Shown here: in pieces, positions 26,401 to 37,381 of the stretch
Layout of the letters: each line of letters starts with the position of its first letter
Position numbering within the stretch: the stretch's first letter is position 1
DNA from: Octopus sinensis
Taxonomy: Eukaryota
Assembly (NCBI RefSeq): GCF_006345805.1
Contig: NC_043009.1
Span: 21,452,001-21,516,000 of the forward strand
Length of the DNA: 64,000 nucleotides
Reading direction: 5' to 3'
Notes under the pieces: generated by a model
Database searches by the model: none
Seen by the model: only the letters and a program-made list of their open reading frames with translations
What the model was told of the DNA's origin: nothing
Made by a program: the position numbers and the translations under genes

Positions 26401-27895
26401 ATCTAAAAAATATTTTAGTCCTCCAAATTTGTATTGCAGAATTTTTAGTATAGCAGAATTTTCTCATATGTTTGTGACTTTCAAGAGTTATCAATGAAGT
26501 ATATATTGCACTGAATTACATTATATACACATTAAAATGGAGGTGCTGAGTGAAAGAATATTTTAAGTAATTGATAAAATTGGACATAATAAGCTCCCGT
26601 AATATATATACAGTGTTTTTGTAATCAAACATCCTAGATTGCATTCAGGGAAAGACCATGACATTGCTTGGCATAATATTACTCAGACACACTCCATGCT
26701 TTAACCAGCATAACAACCTCTTTTTGCCGATATATATATAGGCATCAGTTCCTTAAAATTGACTATTTTCATACCAATTCCTAACTTGTTTGTCTCTCTG
26801 TTACCCATCACTTCCAGACCTAGTCCTTGCAGACATGAGAATGTCATCATTCTGGAAAACTTTTCTTGGCTGCAACAGGCAACTGTTAAAACAAACTATT
26901 TATAGTAATCTCATTGAATTTTACAGGCCTACAAAGTTCCACCTTATTTTCCAGACAGAGACAAAAGAAGATGCTATTTTTAACAGGTAAAGTAACCACA
27001 CGCTACAGTCAAAATATTACATTTGAAGTAAAATGTGACTGATGATGCTTAATCTAAGATTTTCATGATATAAAAATATTTTGTTTTCTAAAAATATTTT
27101 AGTTAATCCTGGTGACTATACAAGCATTAACCTAGGCATAGTTGTTTAATTTTCTTAATCATCATGCTGTAAGAATGTGGATAAAATATGCTGAATTCCA
27201 GCATTAGAATTAGAATTCCCTTATAGACTGTTACGAAGAATGTATATTACATAGAAATAAAACCTAATATCAGAAAGTAAACAATAAAGACTAAAGTAAT
27301 AATTAATGGAAATGAAAGTAAGCAGGGTTCTACTTGGTATACAAAAATGGCATGAGTAATGGATAAAATGGTTTGCACTTGTGATACCAGGTTGCTAAGT
27401 TCAAATCTTATTAAGGTGAACTTCGGCGAGACGTATGTTCAAAAGCATACTCATCTGCACCCCTTTGTCATATATTGCATATCATTATTACACCACCCAA
27501 AGTGTTCCATGTTTCCACTATTCAGGAGATCTAAACAATTGCAGACACTATAAAAAGTTTTGATAAAGAAAACTTTGAAATTCAAGAAAATTTGTATAGC
27601 AGAATTTTCTTATATATTTGTACCTATCAAGAGAAGGCCACATAAGAAGAGGATTACTAATAAGGGATATATTGCAATGAAATACATCATATGCACATTA
27701 AAATAGAGGTGCTGAGTGATAGAATCCTTTAAGTAATGGATAAAAATTGGACATAAGAAGTTCCCCTAATATAATATTGCAAACAAACATCCTACATCGG
27801 ATTAAGTGAAAGACCATGACATTGCTTGGCATTATATTAATCAGACAAACTAGCATAACTTTTTTTTGCTGATATATATTGGCATCAGTTCCTCA
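17440..27895. repeat. Complex tandem array (macrosatellite-like), ~0.9-1.4 kb subunits with a ~4.4-4.7 kb higher-order period
   Basis: Marker catcctagattg or a variant starts at 17477, 18438, 19723, 20775, 22188, 23078, 24355, 25211, 26630 and 27788. Confidence 0.92.
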
Positions 27896-28440
27896 CGAAA
27901 CACGAAAGACACAGAAAACACAAAAATACACAAAACCACACTAAAGAACAAAACACAGAAGACAAACGACGCACAAAACAGAAAAATCACAGAAAGTAAA
28001 CAAAACACACAAAACACACAAAAAACAAAGAAACAAACAAAACATTCACAAAAGAGACTTAAAAGACACATAAAACTCAAAATACACACCACACACAAAA
28101 CATAAAAACATACAAAACAGACACAAAACATACACCAGACCGACACAAATAACACACACAAATCACACACAAAACACTAAAAAAAAACTGAAAAAAAACA
28201 ATACGCACACAATGACTGAAAACACACAAAACACACTTAAAACACGAAATAGAAAGAATGCAAATAGACAAGTAACTCTAACCGTAACACCACCCAAGCA
28301 CTACACACGTGCGCGTATGCAGAGCCCAACACACAGAAGCATTCACTACACACACACACACACTTATATGCAGATACATAGATATATATGTGTTCCTCGA
28401 AGTCGACTTCACTTCCTTACTATTACGTCCTTTCTAATAC
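27896..28440. repeat. CA-rich element, inverted homologue of the 15130-16190 region
   Basis: 28200-28420 is the reverse complement of 15130-15360 (gaagtcgacttcacttcc; gaaatagaaagaatgcaaatagac). Confidence 0.8.
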
Positions 28441-28444
28441 CCTT

Positions 28445-29795
28445 TTAATCCTTCTGGTGGCGTACGGCACCCCAAAAATTTGATATAGAGTAGTCCATAG
28501 TTTTTAAAGTGAGATTATATTCAAATAATTGCCATTTCAGAGTCATGGCAAGAGTTTTGTTTCTTGTTGGTAAAGGAAAGTAACTTACGATATTTTAAGG
28601 CAAAAATATCACTTGAAATCCAAAAGTATTAAACCAATTCTAAGGGAAGTAACTCTAACTACTAACATTAATTTAAATTACTTTCCTTTACCAACAATAA
28701 ACACAACTCTTGCCTTGACAACCCTTCAAATTACTTCCCTTAAGCAACAAGAAACAAAACTCTTGCCATGTGACTCTGAAATGGCAATTATTTGATTATA
28801 ATCTCACTTTAAAAACTATGGACGGGGTGCCGTACGCCACCAGAAGGATTAAAAGGGTATCAGATAGGTTAGGGATCTGTCTTCTTCTGAAGTGTGTTTC
28901 AGAGAGAGAGAGACTTGTGTTTCTGTGTGTTGCTCAATTTTCGTCGGTCGACTTCACTTCCATACTATTACGTCCATATATTATACCTGCCTAATTTAAG
29001 ACACATTTATGATATTTCAAGGCAAAAATATCACTTAAAATCCCAAAATATAAAACCCAGTCTAAGGGGAAGTAACTTTAACAACAAACATTCATTTAAA
29101 TTACTTCCCTTTAGCAACAAGAAACACAACTCTTGCCTTGACTTGAAATTCCTTCCTTTAACCAACAACTCTTTAAATTACTTCCCTTAAGCAACAAGAA
29201 ACAAAACTCTTGCCATGACTCTGAAATGGCAATTATTTGAATATAATCTCACTTTAAAAACTATGGACGGGGTGCTGTACGCCACCAGAAGGATTAAAAG
29301 GATATTAGAAAGGTTAGGGATCTGCCCTTTTCTGATGGATACATTGAATCAGAGAGAGAGAGACATCCACACACATACTTGTGTTTCTGTGTGTTCAAAG
29401 AAAGATATATGAGTTAGTTGTATTTAATCAGACTTAATGTTCCGAGCTCAATTTTCGTCGAAGTCGACTTCACTTCCATACTATTACGTCCATATATTAT
29501 ACCTGCCTAATTTAAGACACATCTACGATATTTCAAGGCAAAAATATCACTTCAAATCCAAAAATATAAAACCCACTCTAAGGGAAGTAACTCTAACAAC
29601 TAACATTCTTTTAAATTACTTTACTTTACCAATTCTTGCCTTGACTTAACTCTTCAAATTACTTCCCTTAAGCAACAAGAAACAAAACTCTTGCCATGAC
29701 TCTGAAATGGCAATTATTTGAATATAATCCCACTTTAAAAACTATATCAAATTTTTGGGGTGCCGTACGCTACCAGTAGGATTAAAAGGTTAGGG
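28445..29795. repeat. About three tandem copies of a ~450 bp unit plus a short inverted copy
   Basis: ggggtgccgtacgccaccagaaggattaaaagg...ggttagggatctg recurs near 28825, 29270 and 29758. Inverted copy at 28445-28590. Confidence 0.85.
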
Positions 29796-29797
29796 AT

Positions 29798-29838
29798 CTG
29801 CAGACATGTTTCAAGGTTGTTGCCTTTTATCAATGCAG
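29798..29838 (-). ncRNA. Minimal type I hammerhead ribozyme, U3-A8 variant (inverted pLTR copy)
   Basis: CUGCA-UUGAUAA-AAGG-CAACAA-CCUU-GAAAC-AU-GUC-UGCAG; stems I, II and III all pair. Confidence 0.75.
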
Positions 29839-30229
29839 CGTAGTCAGAACCAGCAGGTGTCGCTACTGTTCGAAGATTTTATTTACCTATTTACAGTGGA
29901 ATACATCCACTTGTTTTCAATAATAGAAATATTAAAATTACTCAGTCTCTCTACAGGAGATTACGGCAGCGTTAATGGACATTAATAGTTATCGCCATAC
30001 TAATATGGCAACAACCCTGATACATGTGTGCAGATGTCTGACTAGTAAGGTGAAGCGGCTGACCTCCTCTGTTCGAAGTGTTGTAATGGACGCTAGAGGC
30101 GATGGCCTCTTGGAGCTAATCAGCGACAGCTTTAGTCTTATGTTTATACACTGCCATGTTAGTATGGCGATAACTATTAATATCCATTAACGCTGCCGTA
30201 ATTGTTAGACTTAGTAATTTTAATATTTC

Positions 30230-30264
<35 letters not shown>

Positions 30265-31269
30265 TAAAAACGGTAAGATAACAAAAGAAAGAAAGAGACC
30301 TCGATATTATACATAATAGAGGAAATTTATCTATAAAATAATGTTACATTTACTCAATAGTCAAGATAAAACTCTGAGTTTCAGATGCCGAAGTGGAAAT
30401 CCACAACACCATCTCTTCGGTTATCTGGCCATCTGAAAAACGCTATGAAAAAATACCGTTATATATTTTCCAGTTAACCATACTTATAGGAAACTCTTCA
30501 ATAAACACAATTTAAAAATTAGTTTTAGTTCTACTACCAATTTTAAAAATATAATCACACATAACCACAGCAAGAAAATAGCTGTTCATGCAGGAATAAA
30601 AAAATTGTGCCCGCTAAATGGAGCTTGGATGTCCGAGACCATCATCTATGAAGCTACCGTGGACTCTATAACCACTAAAGACACCGTTTCGACGAAGAAA
30701 TTACAAAGGGTAATTTCAAGGTTCAATAAAAAAGAAAAGCGAGAAAATTATCTAATCATATTTGGTTTTTAAAAGATAAAGGTGTCGATTATAACATCCA
30801 TTGGAAGATTTTGGCCAAATGTAAGCCCTACACCAACGGCAGCGGAAGGTGCGGTCTATGCGACATGGACAGATGGCTTATCTGGAAAAGCAGCTTAGAC
30901 CCTACTGCATGTGTAAACTCAAGGACAGAACTTTTCGGATCATGCCCACATGTGACTAAATTTTTGTTACGTTTTTGGTCCCCTAAAGAAAACAGATAGA
31001 ACTTGCTTTCTATATTATGTCCCAAAAAGTTTTTTTTATCTCATTATACCTTTTATTAATTTATATATATTTTTATATTTTCACACATATTAGTTTTTTC
31101 TGTTGTTGCCATATTAGTATGGCGATAACTATTAATATCCAGTAACGCTGCCGTAATCTCCTGTAGAGAGACTTAGTAATTTTAATATTTCTATTATTGA
31201 AAACAAGTGGATGTATTCCACTGTAACTAGGTAAATAAAATCTTCGAACAGGCGGTCAGTAGCGACACG

Positions 31270-31310
31270 CTGCATTGATAAAGGGCAACAACCCTGAAAC
31301 ATGTCTGCAG
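31270..31310 (+). ncRNA. Minimal type I hammerhead ribozyme, U3-A8 variant
   Basis: CUGCA-UUGAUAA-AGGG-CAACAA-CCCU-GAAAC-AU-GUC-UGCAG; predicted cleavage after 31305. Confidence 0.75.
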
Positions 31311-31479
31311 ATGTCTGACTAGCAAGGTGAAGCGGCTGACCTCCCCTGTTCGAAGGTTGTAATGTACGCAGGTTCGTGTGTCATATAGCTAGCTAGAGGC
31401 GATGGCCTCTTGGAGCTAATGAGCGACAGCTTTAGTCTTATGTCTATAGACTGCCATATTAGTATGGCGATAACTATTA

Positions 31480-31513
<34 letters not shown>

Positions 31514-31642
31514 CTGTGTATATGTATATATATATATATGTATATATATATATGTGTATATATATATATATATAATATATATATATATACACACACACAT
31601 ATATATATATTAATAGTTATCGCCATATATATATATATATAT

Positions 31643-31729
<87 letters not shown>

Positions 31730-32539
31730 AATAAAATGAGTAGTTTCTGATTTCTTGTTTTTCCTTGTTGCTGTTTGTTCCTTCTGGAGCCATGCCTGGC
31801 TCATAAGGACCGGTTTTCCCAGTCCCATTGGCGTATAGGTTCCCCACCTGGACGGAAAGCCGGTTCGTCGCAGATGAGCCGCAAGATGCAGGAGGAAAGA
31901 GTGAGAGAAATTTGTGGCAAAAGTGTCAGCAGATGTTCGCCATTACCTTCTGTCAGAGCCGCGTGGAATTTAGTGTTTTGCTCATAAACATACACATCGC
32001 CCAGTCTGAGATTTTCCTCAACTTTGACCCGACTGTAATTGAGATTGCAAATAAGATATTTGGATAATTTTTGGTGTTTGATGATTAATATTCTTTTCTC
32101 TGTTGGATTCCAAGCTAATTTTTTCCTACACTCGACAATTTTCAATTTTCAAAAACTGAAGTCTAAGATGGGGCATGGTGCGTAAATATATTGGAATTAC
32201 ATACACACTCTCTCACACGCACATGCTGGTTTTTAATACAGAAACTATATTCCATTGTTGAAAATTAACGAATAACAGCGATAAAGATCTGGATGTTGAA
32301 TTTTAACAATTCTTGCATCTTTTTAATTTCTTTGCTTATAAATGCTAGGTTTTATTTTTCCAAATCGCTACTTAAATCTTGTGACAGAAATGATTATTAA
32401 AAACTAGAGGTGCGCTAAAGTCCAAGAAGCAGAAGTTAGACCGTTGGGGGAGCATCGTAGCCAAGTGTTGAGAGGGATTCTTTGGGGTTTTAATAAATGT
32501 GACAAAAGCAAAATGTGAAGGAAATAGCCATTTTTCATA

Positions 32540-32900
32540 CTTTCTAGGGTTAAAGCAAATAGGAAATAACAGTTGCTACACAAGGACAAAAATCGTGTTA
32601 CACAGCGTAATGGAAAGCAAGAGAGCAAATGTTGTTTGCAATATCAACCAAATATTTAACCAGAAGACCATCAACAAACGTATTTTTCAACATTTGTTCC
32701 AAAACTTTCGTAGTTGAAGCAAGAGTCTTTGAAAATGATGCAAATCGTAGACGTACTTCAGTAATTGAAGGCCGTCATTGAAGTGGACCAATGCAAAACA
32801 ACTGGAGGGTTTTGCACATAAACTAAACGATAACCACTCAATAGTTATTCAACATTTGTTCAATTTGTTCAAAAGAAGAAACAAAGCTCAACAAATGGGT
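32540..32900 (+). mobile_element. Degenerate mariner transposase N-terminal fragment
   Basis: IVLHSVMESKRANVVCNINQIFNQKTINKRIFQHLFQNFRS*SKSL*ND resembles the mariner HTH region (NIN...TV..RT.Q.WF..FRSG..SL). Confidence 0.55.
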
Positions 32901-33051
32901 GCGAATGTGTGGAAAGAAATTTGCTTTCCAGCCATGAAGATGCTGTGATGTTTATATACGTCATAATATACAGTATTGGCTAAAGGTCACACGTTTATAC
33001 ACATATAATATGCCAAATACACACATTTATACACATGTATTATACAACATA

Positions 33052-33430
33052 AGGGGGCAAGCTGGCAGAATCGTAAGCACGCTGGGCGAAATGCTTAACG
33101 GTATTTCGTCTGTCTTTACGTTCTAAGTTCAAATTCCGCCGAGGTCGATTTTGCCTTTCATTCTTTCAGGGTCGATGAAATAAGTACCAGTTGAGTACTG
33201 GGGTCGTTGCAATCAACTTACTCCCTCCATCGAAATTGCTGGCCTTGTGCCAACATTTAAAATCAATATATTTACGTTGTTTAAGGCGGCGAGCAGGCAG
33301 AATCATTAGCACGCTGGGCAAAATGCTTAGCGGTATTTCGTCCGGCTTTGCCTTTCATCATTTCGGAGTCGATAATATAAGTACCAGTTGAGCGCTGAGG
33401 TCGATATAACCGACTTAGCTACTCCTAAAT
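33052..33430 (+). mobile_element. Two tandem tRNA-derived SINE copies (second internally deleted)
   Basis: gctggcagaatcgtaagcacgctgggcgaaatgc (A-box-like) and gttcaaattccgcc (B-box-like). The head repeats at ~33290. Confidence 0.8.
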
Positions 33431-33981
33431 AAGGGTATAAAAACTGCATTCCCCTCCAGTGAGACAGAGCAGGTTCACCAAACCTGTATGATCTGAAGAT
33501 CAAATTCACAACCTCCGCATCAGACCATGGTTGATGGAGAAAACATGCTGAGGCCTTCATCCTGCTGTACACCGAATATAGGCATTCCAATACAACATAC
33601 AACATATATGCATGCAATATGGGTTGACTGACTTCAAGTTTTATGTATCAAACCTTTCCATACAGAACTCACACGTATGTGATGTATATAGAGTATATAC
33701 ATAATATACAGCCGGTATATATTCAGCATGGTGGTATCTCGTAGATACCCTAATTTATAATTTTAATAATTGTTACCTTTGAAGGTTATTTTTCCATGCT
33801 GGCCACTTGATAGGGTCGTCATTTTATTTTAAATTAACGATCCTTATTTACATAATGTACATACACACGTGATGTGTACATAGTATATACATAACATATG
33901 CAATATATATTAAATATATATATAACTATTAAGCCTTTATGTCTATCTATCTTTCTACCTACCAACCTACCTCCCATCCAT

Positions 33982-34015
<34 letters not shown>

Positions 34016-34039
34016 GTATAATTCGTGGGTAAGGCCGGA

Positions 34040-34314
34040 ACAATGCGAAATATGGTTACCATTGTTTTGAATACACGTTGCAATACACTCATTGTAAACT
34101 CGTAATAGCACATCTGGTGATACATGTGCAAATGAGTTGGTGATGCTTTCCTTCAAATGCTTTATGTCTTTTATCTTTCCACGATACACTATGCCTTTCA
34201 AAAGCCACCAAAGACATAAATCAAGAGGGGTCAGATCAGGGTATCTAGGTATCTTATAAACCGTCTCTTATGAAGTAGTAAATTTTTCCTATGTATGGAG
34301 ACTTTTGAACCACC

Positions 34315-34319
<5 letters not shown>
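34040..34319 (-). mobile_element. Tc1/mariner-superfamily deletion derivative
   Basis: PRYPDLTPLDLCLWWLLKGIVY...CIQNNGNHI (SPDLTP-type C-terminus). TIR-like TACAGGGTGGTTCAAAAG abuts a TA tract. Confidence 0.75.
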
Positions 34320-34368
<49 letters not shown>

Positions 34369-34388
34369 TATTGAAAGGCCATTGCGCC

Positions 34389-34437
<49 letters not shown>

Positions 34438-34438
<1 letters not shown>

Positions 34439-34683
34439 GAGGCGCAATGGCCCAGTGGTCAGGTCAGCGGACTCGCGGTTTCGATTCCTAGACCGGGCGT
34501 TGTGAGGCTCCGGTGGTGGCGATCCCTGCTGTACTCTTTCGCCACAACTTTCTCTCACTCTTTCTTCTGTTGGCCTGCTCGCTTAGCCAGCGGGTGGCGT
34601 CATTTGAAGGCTAAAACAATGCGAAGCGCATTGTGACCAGCGATGTGTAGCAACATCTGATAGCCTGGTCGGTCACGGTGATA
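34438..34683 (+). mobile_element. tRNA-derived SINE (second family)
   Basis: ggcgcaatggcccagtggt (A box) and ggtttcgattcc (B box), with a body ending ggtcggtcacggtgata, between TA tracts. Confidence 0.75.
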
Positions 34684-35199
34684 AATATATATATATGTGT
34701 GTGTGTGTAGTGTGTGTGCATATATATATATATATATGCACTCACACATACATACATAAAATGCACGTGTGTATGCTCTATCTTTGTGATGGTGTATTAG
34801 CAATTGCATGTTTGCAAATGATAAATATATCCAGTAACATTCTAATTTGAGTGCATTAAAACTAGAACTATGTGCTTATGAATTGCATGACAGCCACTTC
34901 GAAGCAATGAAAACATAACTTTGGACATTAACCAAAGTAACATATCCCGCTAAGTGACTGACATACTGTATGTAGAGCACCTAAGATGTTTGTGGATATT
35001 GAAAAGTCTGCTGAAAATGCAGATAAACGTAAATATGTAAGTAACGAAGTTGAGAATGCAAAGAACCATGCTGTGAATGTACGGCAATGGGTGGGTAGCA
35101 CGGATGATTGACAAGCGAAAGATTTGAACCGATGGATTTCGTGCTTATTTTCAACCAAGATTTTAAGAAAGGTATAATAAAATAATCTAATAGTATTTT

Positions 35200-35540
35200 A
35201 CTGCTTGTAGTGTCATTAGGCAGAGGCCATGCTGGGGCATTACAGACAAGTATAAAGCATAAAATAATATTCGTTTGCTGCTTATAGTACAATTAGATAG
35301 TGCCCATGCTAGGATATTACAGACAGGTATATATGAAATAATAGTCTTTTACTGTTTGTAGTGTCATTAGACAGAGGCCATGCTGGGGCATTACAGATAT
35401 GTATAACGCATATTCTTTTGTCATTTATAGTATAACGAGATCGTGGTCATGCTGAGACAAAACAGACAGGTGTAATGTATGAAATAATAGTCTTGTAGTG
35501 TCATTAAGCAGTGGTCATACTGGAGCATTACATTAAGTGA
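35200..35540. repeat. Minisatellite, ~70 bp subunits with a ~145 bp dimer period
   Basis: ttgtagtgtcatta(g/a)(g/a)cag...catgct...ttacaga recurs, with alternating subunit types. Confidence 0.7.
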
Positions 35541-36015
35541 GTTATTTTTTTAGTTTTGGCTTTCTAGTTGGTTATATTGTTTCGATATTTTGAGAACGGT
35601 AAACTAGGAACCAGGCTATTTTATCTTTTTGATTTAAAGAAACATAATTCAACCCCAGGAATTTTTGCTCAATATAAAAGAACACATACCCATATATAAT
35701 GAGACACAAAGCGTCATGACTTGCCTGAAGACTCAGTGCACCTACAGACGAAACTCTAAGTAGCAAGAGATCGACTCAACCAAAATAATGATATTATTAA
35801 TCTCTAGTATGGCATCAAGTACTCCTCCTCCTCATAGTTGGTATCATTAATCTGTAACCGGCATAATAAAATGGGGGCTTTGATATGCATATTCAAAAAC
35901 GGTTCCCGTAAACGAACTTAAAGGATATATATATATATATATGGCGGTGCCCCAGCATGGCCACAGCTCATGAGCTGAAACTAGAATCAATCAATCAATC
36001 ATATATATATATATA

Positions 36016-36398
36016 CTAGCAGTATCGCCCGGCGTTGCTAAGGTTTGTAAGGGAAATAACTATAAAGCATTTTTAGAGAGTTATAGCCAAAAAATAGCAA
36101 AAAAATGGAAAAAAAATGATGGTAAATTTTTTTTGAGAGTTAAAAAAGGTGGAGTTGCGTCCCCTAGACGGTCTGTGGTTTGGGTTTCTGATTCTCGACC
36201 CCATGTCGAATTTATCGATTTTTTCAGAACTGGGGGAACTTTTCAAAATTTTCGCTGCGTTAGTTTTGAATTATGACATTGGGCTATGTGTGTGTCAAGT
36301 TTCATCAGAATCGGTTGAAAGCCGTGGTCAGAGTGAGGGTACGAGAAAACAGACACACAGAAAACGCACAGACAAACTGCCGTTTATATAGAGAGAGA
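36016..36398 (-). mobile_element. Non-autonomous Helitron related to 9769-10407
   Basis: ctagcagtatcgcccggcgttgc at 36016 is the reverse complement of the 3' end of 9769-10407. The opposite end reads TCTCTCTCTATATAAA on the minus strand. Confidence 0.8.
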
Positions 36399-37329
36399 TT
36401 ACATACATATAAGAGGGATGACCACTAAGTGGACATCCATTATGCTAGAAGTTGACCCCCTATGGTCTTACCGCTAAGAAAGGATTGTTCTCAAGAAAAT
36501 TTAGCAAACGCCAGAACGTAAGCGAGCAAGACAAATGGAAAGATACGAAATATACAGATTAATCACAAACCAGTTTCGTTGTTACCACTTACGCCAGTGT
36601 GATCGTCATAGCAAAATATAATTTGAAGAACCATGCACGAGACGTCCGCATGAGATGGAACATATATATAGTTCTACCTATTACATTTGGGGTTATATTT
36701 CAAAAGTCTTTGTTTTGGCGCGCCAAAATACCGAAAATAATTCTGCAGAAAATAATTCTCTGCAGTGAATTTTGCCGGTTAGAGAACATAGTTATTTAAA
36801 TTTAAATCTAAAATAATATTAATACATCTCTACCATGGCATCAAGTACTCTTCCTCCTCATAGTCAATGCTAAATAGATATCGGCCAAAGTATTGAAGGT
36901 CGATCTCAAAATGCTGAGCCTTACGAAGGAGATAACAAAGAACCGAGATATGTACTCAAGAAGACCTGCCCCTTACAAAAGATTGGTATCCTAAAACCAA
37001 GGTGCCACACAAAAGGCATTGGTGATGGTGCCACATAAAATGCACCTAATACACTTTAAAAAGTGGTTGGCGTTAGGAAAGGGATGGAGAAACTAAGCCA
37101 AAACAGACTATGGGACCTGGTGCGGTCCCTACCTTGCCAGTTCTCGTCAAACCATCCAACCCATGTCAGCATAGAAAAGAAGACACGAAAATTATGACAA
37201 GGTAAAGGTCTTCTGCAGAGTATCCATTTACAAAAACCTTACTCAAGGAATTGGTCAAACTGAGGCTACCCGCCAAAGCACTGTAAAGGAGACTTCAAGT
37301 CACACATGTGAGAAGTAAACTTCTTGTTG

Positions 37330-37377
<48 letters not shown>

Positions 37378-37381
<4 letters not shown>

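Larger units (their letters stand above)
29798..31480 (+). mobile_element. Internally deleted Penelope-like element with direct and inverted pseudo-LTRs
   Basis: 30580-31000 encodes CSCRN../CPLNGAWMSETIIYEATV...IHWKILAKCKPYTNGSGRCGLC...NSRTELFGSCPH (GIY-YIG endonuclease region). 29798-30015 is inverted to 31098-31310, and 30010-30235 directly repeats parts of 31105-31480. Confidence 0.85.

Noticed and set aside
17440-27895. Recurrent short ORFs in the array (MRMSSFWNTFLGDIGCNRQLLKQTIYS; MQPISPRK...)
   Set aside because: They recur because the DNA is repeated. Frames differ between copies, a by-eye consensus has stops in the frames I translated on both strands, and no domain is recognisable.
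17440-27895. CRISPR-like repeat-spacer interpretation of the tandem arrays
   Set aside because: Whole units are homologous, with no unique spacers and no cas genes, and the context is eukaryotic.
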